A stretch of DNA of 63,333 bases, counting the filler, from Reclinomonas americana ATCC 50394 (taxonomy: Eukaryota): assembly GCA_048213135.1 (NCBI GenBank). It is 20 parts of 20 records of this genome, joined end to end, with 100 filler letters (N's around TTAATTAATTAA, not from the genome) between each part and the next. Parts side by side here need not be neighbours in the genome. Positions count along the whole stretch, not along the records: positions 1 to 8,714 come from AFZH01020597.1; positions 8,815 to 13,300 come from AFZH01020601.1; 18 more parts are not named here. The stretch is one strand, 5' to 3'. Positions within the stretch are counted from its first letter, which is position 1. Every line of letters starts with the position of its first letter. The translations under genes were made by a program, and so were the position numbers. Shown here one piece after another: positions 1-11,605 of this stretch. Below the pieces are notes generated by a model. The model was not told the DNA's origin and searched no databases. It saw only the letters and a list, made by a program, of their open reading frames with translations.

Positions 1-259
1 AGAAGAAGAAGAAGAAGAAGAACAAGAACAAGAACAAGAACAAGAACAAGAAGAAGTAGAAGAAGACGAAGAAGAAGAACAACAGCAAGAACAAGAACAA
101 GGAGAACAAGGAGAACAAGAAGAACGAGGAGAAGAAGAAAAAGGAGGAGAGGAGGGAAACACACAAGAGGACAGAGACGCACAAAGGGACAGGAAGAGAG
201 AGAGAGAGAGAGAGCAGTGAGTCTTCCATTCCTCAGGATCATGCGAAAATCTCCGCAAC

Positions 260-640
260 TGAGACCAGCAAAGTTGGCTGCGGAGACTCCACCTCCATTG
301 TCAAGCACCTCAATGCCATCCAAACCATAGTTGGTCAGCTTGATCTCTGAGAGAGAGAGAGAGAGTGAGTGTGAGAGAGTGAGAGTCAGTCAGTTCTCTC
401 TCTTTCTCTCCGCACCAACTCGTGTTGCTCCCGCATCTAATGCATTCTCCACGAGCTCCTTCACCGCAATCGGCAGTGTCACAATCACCTGAGAGAGAGA
501 GAGAGAGAGTGAGAGTGAGAAAACTCCGAGACTTTCCTCTCTCTCTTCTCTCTTTCTTTCTCAACTTGCGCGCTGCATAGTCGATGCACAGAGTCCTTGT
601 CTATAGGGCGGATGGTGGCCTCCTCGTGAGCGGAAGACAT
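260..640 (-). CDS. PMS2: MutL-family mismatch repair endonuclease PMS2/Pms1, first three exons (566-640, 416-488, 260-346); gene runs off the window start
   Basis: Spliced translation MSSAHEEATIRPIDKDSVHRLCSAQ|VIVTLPIAVKELVENALDAGATRV|EIKLTNYGLDGIEVLDNGGGVSAANFAGL has the GHKL ATPase motifs KELVENALDAGAT and DNGxG and the PMS2-type IxPIDxxSVHxICSxQV. Not in the ORF track because the exons are short. Confidence 0.92.
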
Positions 641-1139
641 GCTTCTCTGTCACAATGAAGAGGAGCAAATGTCGAAATGGCGGGAAACTGTGAAGTTCCC
701 GAGCTGTGTGAAGTTCGAGGCAGCACTCATAGAGAGGGGATTAGACAGTAAGAACAGTGATTCAAAGTGTGCAGTTGCGTTGGCCTTGATTTTTGTGGTC
801 AGAAAAGAGTCGACGTCGAAGTCGACGTTTCGAGTTGCAAAGGGTCAAAGGGCCATGTGAAACGGTCGCTGGGTGAAGTCAAGGGTCCAGAGAAGGGGCT
901 CACAAAGCCCAGAACTTCCTCTGGTCGTACGACGCCATGGAAAAGACCAAAATCCCTTGCAGCTACCCGATACAAGGGAGCACTTCAAAGATGACTGTTG
1001 GAGAGGAGATATTGCTGGTGTGCCAAGGTCATTGTCGGCAAGGGATTTGTGGACATTTGTCGCACTACTATTGCAATGTGGTGAATGGATTCCGCGTCTG
1101 CGTCTGTCTCCATATCAACAACTCCCTGTGTCGACTCAT

Positions 1140-2544
1140 TTACTTGAGATCCGTGGAGTTCTTGGCCTTGAACTTGCGATGGGAGCGCTCATGCGCCGTG
1201 TACAGCAGGTGCATGCCGTGCAGCGTGATCACGCGGTTGCCGACGGGCACCGCAAAGACGCATTCCTCTTTCGGGCACACTGCACATCGACAACAGTGAG
1301 AGCTGGATCAAGCACCACCATTCATCGTCGACCACACACACACACCCCACAGCACGTCGTCCTTGTCGATGATTTTGAAGGAGCGCTGCGTCTCCTGAAT
1401 CACAATGCCATGCACGCCCACATAACTCGGACAGCGACTCCGGGTGACTGTGTGTGGGGCGGATGAGTAGCACGCCCAAAAACCGACAACGAACGCAGAC
1501 CTCGCCCTCCCACCTGTCATCAGCGACCCATGGAAGTCGGCCTTGAGCATTCTCTGCTGCGCCGCAGCTGCCGGCCTACTCACCAACACAAATAATGGTA
1601 AGCTGCGACCTCCACCTCACGAGAGTGCCATCAAAAACAAACGCAACATGGTCACCGGCACCAGCGTGCCCACATACTGCTTCCACAGCGCATGCAGTGG
1701 CTCATACAGCGCATACTTTTGCGCCTCCTCCGGCACCTCAAACAACCGCAGCTGCTTGCGCTCCCGCGCGCTCATCAGCTTCTTGCGTCGCGCCAGCTTG
1801 GCGTGCATCGTCGGCTTCTCGCGCTTCGCCTGCCCGCAAGACATGAGCAAAAAAAAAACGCGCACACTGACTGTGCGTGTGTGTGTGTGACCTTTTGTTT
1901 CATCGCATCCTGCTCCGCCGTGCGTCCACGCAGCACCAGCAAGCGCTCTGCCAGCTTTGTGTCGACAATGGTGGTGGCGTCGGCACCGTGCACGCGACGC
2001 ACTGCGGCCTGACTGTCGACCGCCAAGTCGGCAATCAGCTCGGAGGCTTTGTGTGCGCTCACTGCGTGCACACCGCGCAATGAGTTGGTCCAGGCGGTGG
2101 CCGCTCCGTGGCGGAGAGTGTCGCGAAGGAACTGAAGGGTGAGCGAGTCGTTGCGAGAGGAGCGAGACTGTGAGGAGGGGAGAGAGTGAGTGAATGAGTG
2201 AGTGAGTGAGTGAGAGAGAGTGAGTGAGTGAGTGAGTGAGTGAGTGAGTGAGTGAGAGAGAGAGAGAGAGTGAGCGAGTGAGTGAGTGAGTGAGTGAGAG
2301 AGAGAGAGTAGAGTGAGTGAGTGAGTGAGTGAGTGAGTGAGTGAGTGAGTGAGCGAGTGAGTGAGTGAGAGAGAGAGCGAGTGAGCGAGTGCGTGAGTGA
2401 GTGAGTGAGTGAGTGAGAGGAGAAAGACACAAACCTTCAACAGTGATCCTGTTGGACCCTCAAACATCGACGCAGGCAACTTGGAGTACGTAGGGTGATC
2501 CAGTGTGTCACCTGTCGCACAATAGAGTGAGGCAAACACACACA

Positions 2545-2608
<64 letters not shown>

Positions 2609-2825
2609 CACACTCTTTCTCTCTCTCTCGTTCTCTCTCACCAACTCTTCTCTGCAGCACTGGTGTCGACTGTTGTTGTTGTTGTTGTTGTTGACTCTTT
2701 GCTCTCTTGAGTGGCGGTTCTCCACTTTCTCCAACTGGTGCATTGGAGGATGAGCTGCTGCTGCCTCCTCCTCCTCCTCCATATTGCTGCTCGAGAGCAT
2801 CAAGCGCGCGCTTCCTCAAAGCCAT
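1140..2825 (-). CDS. POP4: RNase P/MRP subunit p29 (POP4/RPP29), multi-exon
   Basis: Spliced motifs KYALYEPLHALWKQYV, MLKADFHGSLMTVTRSRCPSYVGVHGIVIQET and VCPKEECVF...RKFKAKNSTDLK*. ATG at 2825, TAA at 1140-1142. Confidence 0.92.
2176..2425. repeat. (GAGT)n/(GA)n microsatellite inside a POP4 intron
   Basis: Directly visible tetranucleotide/dinucleotide run of about 250 nt. It generates the SLTH-repeat pseudo-ORFs. Confidence 0.95.
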
Positions 2826-3283
2826 CGTCGTGACTGCAGGAGTCCTGTGCCTCGAAGTTGACAATCATTGCACTGCAACAGTCAACCAGTGAGTAGAAGG
2901 AGTGTTGCTAAAATGTACAGGTGTGCAGCAAGAGTGAGAGCTGTGATGCATCACACTGGGAGCGTGAGATCGCTGCGAAGTTGCAATATTGATCGCGAAG
3001 TTGGATGCCTTGGGAGTTGTCTCGTGAAGGCAAAGGTATCTTTGTGTAGGCGAGCACTTCTTACCTGCAGTCACCGTCCATGTGAGACTGGTGAGCGTTC
3101 TACGCGATCGACCATTCCAGCTCCGGATCTGAACCCTTGCTGCACTTTCCCTCCTCCCCAATCGCAGTACTTCGATGAAGTGTCACTATAGCTGTGCTTT
3201 CCTCCTTCTTGCTTTGCAGCAAGTTGTCCCCCGTCCCTGCAGAGTTGTCAATTTTTCCGAAGCAAGCGAGAGCAGAGAGAGAG

Positions 3284-5129
3284 ATGTCGAGCGTGCACGG
3301 CTCTGGCGCGGTGAGCTCCGCATCTGGCGATGGCGATCCCATGCAGGGTGACAAGGCGAGCGGAGTTACCGCTAATATCACTGTGGAGGACGACGCTGTG
3401 CAGCAGGTCAATGCATTGCCGACAGCGGAACCTCTTCTCGCGATCGACCGTGAAGGCAGACACGTCGTCCACATTGAGGTATCCTCGCCAACCCTCTCCT
3501 TCCCCACCATCTCTTTCTTGCCTCCTCTTGTATGCAGCTCTCCCTCGTTGCGCACATCCACTTTGCCGCTTACAGTACTGGTTGCCTGTTTCCGTCACAG
3601 GAATCCGCGGCCGGCGACGACCTTCCCCTCCGCACCTCCCTGCGAAGACCAACCGTATCCATCGGCAGTGCGCACTCTGCCTTTATCGCTGTGTCGTCGC
3701 TGGTGAGTGCGATCGCCCGTTGCGATCGCCTGCTTGCCGTTTCTGCAATCGTTTCCTTCCTTTCCAGTACGCAGCCGCAAGATTCTCTCTGTTCCTTCCG
3801 CTCACCCCCACCCACCTTTTTTGCACTACCATCACCGATGACCCCCATTTCTGTGCCTTTTCCCAGGCTCGTGTACACTGGAGTCCACGTCAACCCCTCT
3901 CAACGCGACAGCAGCACTCGGGCACGCGCGTCCATGTTTCGCAATCGTGCCATGCACTGCGCTGCGCGCACACACACACACACCCACTGGTTTCTCTCCT
4001 CCACAGTTGCTGGCTGCGGCAGGCGACGACGCTCCCTCTCCTGATCCGCGCCGATGCTCACCGGTGTTGGCCACCGGAAGCGTCCAGGTTCCTCTTTTCT
4101 GCTCACGGCAGCGAGTTGTCCATCTCATCACTGACTTCGACTGGCAGTCCACTCCCCCACTCAGCTCCGCCTCCAATCCACCGTCACCAGGCGCACTGGC
4201 GCACGTGCCGTTGCACATTGTGGAGTACACTGCCGACGCTGAAGCCGACATCATGGTGATTGTCGGTGATCGCGATGAGGCTCTCCGGCTCCAACAACGC
4301 CAACTGGGCGACGTCGACGCCGCGCTGGAAATGAGTGTGGTGGACCAGGAGCCGCTAACGCCATGCCAATGGTGTCGCTACTACTGGCGCAAGTGGGGAG
4401 GTCTGCACAACGTACCTGCGCAGCCGCTGCCGATTCTGTCCGAGCTGGCCATCTCCACCATTGGAATCGCCCTCTGCATGCTGGTGATTTCCATTATTTC
4501 GCATCGCGTGCTCTTGCTCCATCACGGAAACTACACGCTGCTGTTGGCGTTGCGTCCCTTTCTCCAGAGTCAGTAATCTGTGCGTGCGTAGCCTCACGAT
4601 CACTCGCCCAGCTCCTTTTGCTCCAGCATGGTCATGGTGTTGGTGGCCATGGCAGCGCCCTTCTCCCAGCCGCGCAACCTCGTCGGCGGACACTTGATTG
4701 GTGCCGTGGTGGGCCTCACGTGCCGAACCTTCTTCGATGAAGACAATCCGGACCACATGTGGCTGTCGGCCATGCTCAGCGTCACCGTCACCGCGTTTCT
4801 CATGCAGATTACATGTACGTGGCGCACCTTATAGTTGTGGCCCAACCGCTCACATGCTTCCCCCATGCAGCAACCGTGCATCCGCCAGGCTGCGGCATGG
4901 CACTCACGGGTTCCGTGGGAAGCACGTTTACGAAACTCGGCTTCCGGGCAGTGTATCTCCCGGTACTGGCCGGTGTCGGCATCATTCTGCTCTTCGCTCT
5001 CGTCTTCAACAACTTGAGCCCAAGGAGGAGGTATCCAAGTTGCGTCAACAAAAGAGGGAAAGAGAGTGTCGCCTCTGCTACGATCTGCCACTCACTGTCA
5101 ACTCGTCGAACGCAGTATACTGGTGGTGA
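3284..5129 (+). CDS. HPP-family integral membrane protein with a long N-terminal extension, multi-exon
   Basis: Spliced motifs LLLA|SFCSSMVMVLVAMAAPFSQPRNLVGGH, TVHPPGCGMAL and FNNLSPRRRYP|IYWW*, typical of HPP proteins. The exon structure of the N-terminal part is less certain. Confidence 0.88.
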
Positions 5130-5229
5130 TCAACTGTAAAATCTCAAGTCCCATTTCACTGCGACAACTCCATTCTTTCTCACTCTCATCCTTTTTTTCC
5201 TTCCTCAACTGCACACACCACGCACATTA

Positions 5230-6708
5230 TCATGTGCCGTACTTGAGCTGCGTCTCGCAAATACCCTCGACAATCTGGATGCGAACACACTTCAGTACCA
5301 TCGCTCTCACTCTCCTCCTACTCTCTGTGTGGTGGACGCAACGGTGAGATCCAGGAACTCGGCATCCAAGCATCGATCCGACGACGATCGCAGCACACGC
5401 GTAAGGAGATCGCGAATCGCGGCCGACCTGGAAACATGTCAAGCACTGCCCGCTTTGACGATCACACAACACACACACGCTCACCCATCCGGATCAATCA
5501 TCGAGCCCCACGTCAGCGACAAGTAGAAAATGTCGACCTGCATCTGCTGCAGCCCGTTGCGATCAAACGTCTGCGTGCGAACACACTCCAAGAATGACTT
5601 GGCTAGGCTCTTCAGCAGCTCGGTCATCACACTGGCGGACTCGAAGCGCGGCTGGTTGATCACAAAGGTGCGAGCCTCGGACGACAGCATGCGGTCCATG
5701 TCCATCTTCACGGCGTCCACGGCCAGGTGGCGTGGTCGGGCGGACGACGAGCCACCACTGCTCGACAAGATGCGAGCCACCGTGGCCGACGAGTTGGGGA
5801 AGAAGGCACTGACTTCGGCGCGCACGCTGTCGACCTCCTCGGCCAGCATGAGCACCACACGGCGAATGTCGCGTGGTGTGCGCATGCTGAGCCAGTTGCC
5901 AGTGTACACGGCCTTCTTGATCATGGCGGAGACGCGGCCGGAGGTGAGGCGCACGTAGTCCATCAGGTACTCCTGTGGCAAATAAGGAGAGGGAGTAAGT
6001 GAGAGGGAAAGGGAAAAAGGGGGGAAAAGAGTGGATGCGGACCGTGGCTGACTCGTCCAACGCGGCAGCAATGGTGGTGGGGCTGAAAATGCGGAACTGC
6101 GGGGGAGGGGGAGGGTGTGAGAAGTGGAGGACGAGAGATGGTAAGGTCGATGATTCATGCTCCGCCCATAGGTACCCGCCTCTCAACTCACGCATCAATT
6201 GTTGCCTTTATCGCAGGCCTATTATCATTTATTTCCCTTCCTCTTCTCTCTCTCTCACTCTCTCTCACTCTCTCTCACTCTCTCTCACTCTCTCTCACTC
6301 TCTCTCTCTCTGTATGTGTGTGTGTGTGTGTCTGTCTGTCTGTCTGCCTGTCTGTCTGTCTGTCTGTTTGTCTCTGCCTCTCCCTCTCTCGGCCTGTCTG
6401 TCTTCCATCTGTCTTTCGCTCTCTCCTCAGCTGCACCTCACTCCTCGCGGGCATTTCTGCTCTTACAGTGTAACTTCTTATTCACATACACGCTGCCATT
6501 CCCACTTCTTCTCTATTTTCTCTCTCTCTCTTGCTCGCTGTCCCCCCCTCCTCTCTCTCTCTCACGCACACACCACTCTCTCACACACTCTCTCTCCTCA
6601 CCGGAAGCACACTCCTCGCGGCCTCGCTACTCGTATCTCCTCTTACAAGCTGCGTGACTTCTCACACTGTCATGTGTCCCCTTCCTCTCTACTTCCTCTC
6701 TCTCTCTT

Positions 6709-6744
<36 letters not shown>

Positions 6745-8649
6745 TCGCTGTCTCCCCCTCCTCTCTCTCTCCCTGTTTCACGGCCTCGTTCACCACATTA
6801 GTCCTCTCTCACAAACTCAGTCACTTCTCATTCACAGAATAATCCTTTCAACTTATTCTTCCTCCCTCTCTCTCACTCTCTGTTTCTCTATCTCTATCTC
6901 TGTCTCCACCTCACCCCTCCTCCCAAATTACCCACGCACCTCCTCCGACACCTCCGGAATGTCCAACGTCGTCTGCAGGAAATCGACCAGCGGATTCAGT
7001 GTGTTCTCTCGCAAATCCTGCGCCAGCCGAGAAAACACAAGGAAGGTGACGGGCTCGGCGGCGTCATGCAGCGCAATCGCGTCGGCCACCGACAACTGCG
7101 ACGTTTGAAGATGGTGAGATAGGTGTGGAAAAGCGCTACCTGCGCAGCACACTTGACTCCGCAACTGGGTTGCACAGATGCGATGGTCGCATGATGGAGG
7201 CGAGGGACGAGTACACGAACGGCATGTGCCGTTGTGCGGCCTTGTTGATAAAGTGGTCGTTGGAGGAGGAGAGAAGCTGCGTAGGTGCAGGTGAGGATAA
7301 TGGTGCGCAGAGCCGAAATCTCCACAAACTCGACACACGCAACGTGGTAGCCGGTGAGGAACATTTGCACCTGCGAGGCCAGCAGCTCGGCGGCCTTGGC
7401 AATGTCGGGAATCGGGTCGACGTTCTTGCACGTCTCCACAATCCTGCGACACAAGTTAGTGCACACTCGTGTGAGATGAAGGCGGTGAGGCGACGAACGC
7501 AACTTTCTGATGCGCAAAATGTGGTCGCGCTCCAACAGCGTGAAGGTCAGCCGTGAGGCCTTTTCCACGGCCTTGCCGATAAAGCCGCTAAACTCCACCT
7601 CGAACTTGGGGGAAAGGGGAAAGGAGAATGAGAGGAGAGTCGTGATACGCGGTCGAGGAGACAGGCGAGGCAGTGGAAACCTTGGGTCGCAGTGCCGGCA
7701 GCGCGCCTTGCAGACTGCGTCGCAGTCCCGACACGCCGTGCACAAAGCGGTTGTAGTCCTCGAATTCGGGTGAGTAGAACGACGGGGTACCCTTGTCCTT
7801 GACGATGCGGCGCACGCCAACAAAGCCGAGGTTGAAGAGGTTTTCGAAAATGTGATTCGCCTCGTCTGTGAACTCGACCGCGTCGTGGTGCTCGCCACTC
7901 TGAAGAGGTGAAGGGAGGGGAAGGGGGTGGTAAGGGGAAGGGGGAGGAGGGAGGCCAAGGGAACAGAGAATGGAGATGGAAGGCAAAGGAGAGAGAAGCG
8001 GACAGCGTGCGTGCGAGCAAAGAGATGGAACAAACGAGGGGGTAGGACTGGGGAAACCGCGATAATTTAACCAACAACTCACCCTCCAGAACAGCTTGTC
8101 GCAGGTGGCGGCAATCTGCACCAGAGGTCCCAGCACATGCTGCACCAGCTCGTTGAGGTTGTCCTCGTAGGAGATGTCGTTTTTCGACTTGAATGCCTTG
8201 GCGGCCTGCGGGAATGGAGTGAGCAGAGGTGAGGGTGGATTCCTCCGCACCCACTCCCCACAAACCTGCTGCACCAGCGCCGAGCGACCGCGAATGTACG
8301 AGGCACACAGGGCGGCTGACGGCTCGCCCAATCGCAGCAGCAACTCCACGCAGTTGGAGGCCTCGGTCTCGTCGATGGTCTCCGTCAACTTGAACTGCAC
8401 CACACGCCTCGCAACGTGAGGAACGCATCACATAAAAAGAGAGAGCGGCCAAATGGTTCCGACCTTGATTTCATCGGCCAGCTCCGACACATACACCTGG
8501 CACTCTTGGTAAATGCGCGCAAACGACGCCTGGTCTCGGTGCTTCAGCAAGATGCCCTCGGCCATGGAGAAGTAGTCCACGGCCTGTCGGTACGCCTTCA
8601 GACGCAAGCAGTTCTTGAGACGGGAGGGCAGTTCGTACAGGAAACGGAT
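5230..8649 (-). CDS. VPS51: GARP/EARP subunit Vps51 (Ang2), 5'-partial, multi-exon
   Basis: IRFLYELPSRLKNCLRLKAYRQAVDYF; C-terminal KSFLECVRTQTFDRNGLQQMQVDIFYL and RCLDAEFLDLT|IVEGICE. TGA at 5230-5232. Confidence 0.9.
6240..6930. repeat. CT/CTCA/GTCT microsatellite-rich intronic region of VPS51 with small exons interspersed
   Basis: Low-complexity pyrimidine runs are visible. A short exon candidate lies at about 6602-6649 (LVRGDTSSEAARSVLP). Confidence 0.75.
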
Positions 8650-8714
8650 CTGCGCAACAACGAGAAAAAATGAGGCCATGCATCTCCATTGGTGGCAGCG
8701 GGGGGGAGAAACGG

Positions 8715-8814
8715 NNNNNNNNNNNNNNNNNNNNNNNNNNNNNNNNNNNNNNNNNNNNTTAATTAATTAANNNNNNNNNNNNNNNNNNNNNNNNNNNNNN
8801 NNNNNNNNNNNNNN
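8715..8814. other. Artificial contig linker N44-TTAATTAATTAA-N44, first of 19 (others start at about 13301, 15389, 17030, 19833, 21760, 24733, 27210, 30067, 34234, 39228, 41180, 44634, 48367, 52571, 55006, 56819, 58277, 60426)
   Basis: Identical spacer with stops in all six frames, embedded in N runs. Confidence 0.99.
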
Positions 8815-8851
8815 GAGAGAGGAGGAGGAGGAGGAGGAGAGAGAGGAGGGA

Positions 8852-8890
<39 letters not shown>

Positions 8891-8941
8891 AGAGACAAGA
8901 GGAGAAGCGACACACCGACCCTCAACAAAGCCTTCAGTTTT

Positions 8942-10027
8942 CTACAAGCGAAGACCGTCGTCGATAGAGCATCGATGAACAACGACCTCGGCATCCTCGA
9001 CCAAGAAGCAGCGCACCACGATCTCCACCAAGCACCGTGGATTCTCTTCGCCCTCTTCCTGCATCTCGTGCACCGCGCGCAAAGCCAACCGTGCAGCATC
9101 GAGTTCCTGTCGTGCGAGGCCAAGCGGCGTGGACCACACGCGAATGGCCTTGTCGCCTGCACTCACAATCCGCTGACCATCGGGAGTGATGGCGACAGAC
9201 TGCACTGTGTCAGAGTGCCCCTCCAACCGTAGCACTTCTTCGCCAGTCTCCAACGACCACACTCGCACCGTCCTGTCGTCGCTCCCACTCACCACGTGTA
9301 GACCATTGGGAGTGACAGCGACAAGGAAAACTGCCTTCGTGTGACCCACAAACCGTCGCACTTCTTCTCCTCTCGCCAGTGACCACACGCGCACGGTCTT
9401 GTCCCAACTCCCACTCACCACGTGCTGACCATCTGGCGTGACGACAACAGTGCTCACCGCCCATGTGTGTCCCTTCAGCCGTCGCACTTCTTCTCCTGTC
9501 GCCATCGACCACACACGCACTGTGAAGTCCTGGAAGACGCCGACGCCACTCACAACATGGTGACCATCGGGAGTGACGGCGACAGACCGCACCGAGTCCG
9601 TGTGTCCCTCCAATCGTCGCACCTCCTCTCCCGTCACCAACGACCACACACGCACTGTCTTGTCAACGCCGCCGCTGACGATGCGTTGTCCGTCTGGAGT
9701 GACGGCGACAGATAGCACCTGTGCAGTGTGCCCCTCAAACCGTCCCACCTCCTCTCTCGTCACCAGCGACCACACACACACTGTCGTATCAGCACTGCCG
9801 CTGACGATGTGATGTCCGTCTGGAGTGACGGCGACAGAGACCACCACGTCTGTGTGTCCCTCCAACCGTCGCACTTCCTCGCCACTTGCCAGTGACCACA
9901 CACGCACAGTTTTGTCACGACTGCCACTCACCACGAGCTGGCCGTCGGGCGTGATGGCGATGGACAACACCTCACTTGTGTGTCCGCTCCAGTACTTACA
10001 CACGAAAGACGGGCGAGGTGCAGACAT
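8942..10027 (-). CDS. WD40 array copy 1: intronless, 7 highly similar 42-aa WD repeats plus a conserved ~60-aa C-tail (A-type tail)
   Basis: MSAPRPSF..., then 7x GHTxxVxSVAVTPDGxxxVSGSxDxTVRVWSL, then LGLARQELD...ENPRCLVEIVVRCFL...RL*. Confidence 0.93.
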   Translation of the reverse strand: MSAPRPSFVCKYWSGHTSEVLSIAITPDGQLVVSGSRDKTVRVWSLASGEEVRRLEGHTDVVVSVAVTPDGHHIVSGSADTTVCVWSLVTREEVGRFEGHTAQVLSVAVTPDGQRIVSGGVDKTVRVWSLVTGEEVRRLEGHTDSVRSVAVTPDGHHVVSGVGVFQDFTVRVWSMATGEEVRRLKGHTWAVSTVVVTPDGQHVVSGSWDKTVRVWSLARGEEVRRFVGHTKAVFLVAVTPNGLHVVSGSDDRTVRVWSLETGEEVLRLEGHSDTVQSVAITPDGQRIVSAGDKAIRVWSTPLGLARQELDAARLALRAVHEMQEEGEENPRCLVEIVVRCFLVEDAEVVVHRCSIDDGLRL

Positions 10028-10239
10028 GGTGTTTGCGTGTGCGAAGAGATGAGAAGTGGGTTTCGTGGCACAAAATTTCATCTTCTCCGCCTCGAGCTCG
10101 TCGTGCCACCCACCAACAAAGACTGCTGCAGGAATGTTTACTGCTTATATCTAACAACTGACCTCACGGGGCTATCTTGAACAATGAGAATGCAGAGAAA
10201 GGAAGAGAAAACAAGCCCTCAACAAAGCCTTCAATTTTT

Positions 10240-11315
10240 CTACAAACGGAGGCTGTTGTCGGCGAAGCACCGATGAACAACGACCTCGGCATCCTCGACC
10301 AAGAAGCAGCGCAGTACAATCTCCGCCAAGCACCGTGGATCCTCTTCGTCCTCTTCTCGCATCGCCTGCACTGCCTGCATGGCCGACCGTGCAGCATCGA
10401 GTTCCTGTCGTGCGAGACCAAGCGGCGAGGACCACACACATACTGTCTCGTCGTCACCTGCACTCACGACGTGCTGACCGTCGGGAGTGATGGCGACAGA
10501 AGACAGCCATGAAGTGTGCCCCTCCAACCGTAGCACTTCCTCGCCACTCGCCAGTGACCACACGCGCACCGTCCTGTCGTCGCTCCCACTCACCACGCGC
10601 TGTCCATTGGAAGTGACGGCGACAGAGCAAACCTCCGACGTATGCCCTTCAAACTGGCTCACCTCTTCTCCACTCGCCAGTGACCACACGCACACAGTCT
10701 TGTCCCAACTCCCGCTCACCACATGCTGACCATCGGGCGTGATGGCAACAGCGTTCACTCCCCCGCGGTGACCCACCAGTTGTCGCACTTCTTCTCCTGT
10801 CACCAGCGACCACACACGCACTGTGCTGTCCAGGAAGCGGCCGCCGCCACTCACAACATGGTGACCATCGGGTGTGATGGCGACAGACAGCACCGAGTCT
10901 GTGTGGCCCATCAAGTGCAATTGTTCTCCCGTCACCAGCGACCACACACGCACTGTCTCATCAACGCTGCCACTAACGATGCGTTGTCCGTCGGGAGTGA
11001 CGGCAACAGAGCACACACCGTCAGTGTGTCCCTCCAATCGTCGTACTTCTTCTCCACTCGCCAGTGACCACACACGCACAGTGCAGTCATCACTTCCACT
11101 CACCACAAACTGACCATTAGGAGTGACGGCAACCGATCGCACCACGTCTGTGTGTCCCTCCAACCGTCGCACTTCCTCGCCACTTGCCAGTGACCACACA
11201 CGCACAGTTCTGCCATCACCACGTGCTGGCCGTCGGGAGTGATGGCGATGGACAACACCTCACTTGTGTGTCCGCTCCAGCACCTGCACACGAAAGACGG
11301 GCGAGGTGAAGACAT
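10240..11315 (-). pseudogene. WD40 array copy 2 (B-type tail), frameshifted in repeat 1
   Basis: ATG at 11315 (MSSPRPSF). 10 nt are missing near 11209-11217 relative to copy 1 (gtggtgatggcagaactgtg vs gtggtgagtggcagtcgtgacaaaactgtg). The downstream ORF 10240-11205 is intact. Confidence 0.8.
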
Positions 11316-11605
11316 GGTGTTTGCGTGCGTGTGCGAAGAGATGAGGGTGAGTTTGGCACAAAAATTCGTCTCCTTGACCACGTGCACTCTCCTCCTTCGA
11401 TTGACGGCATCAAGCCCACCAACCACTGCCACGTGACTATATTTACTGCTTACACATAACAAGTGACCTCAATGGGGCCATTCTGAGCAATAAGAACGGC
11501 GCGAGACAAGATAGAGGAGAGAAGCAGAGAGGGAGGGAGGGAGGGAGAGAGAGAAGAGACGAGAGGAGAAGCGACACAACGACCCTCAACAAAGCCTTCA
11601 GTTTT

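Noticed and set aside
1..215. GAA/GAACAA run at the window start as a telomere
   Set aside because: Irregular purine-rich microsatellite lying within a PMS2 intron, not a fixed telomeric unit.
1617..7108. Long SLTH/LSLS/CVCV ORFs (e.g. 1617-2432, 5999-7108)
   Set aside because: Translations of intronic microsatellites, or antisense to POP4/VPS51.
8759..8770. Recurrent TTAATTAATTAA motif (19 times) as a biological repeat
   Set aside because: Always centred in N runs; a six-frame-stop assembly linker.
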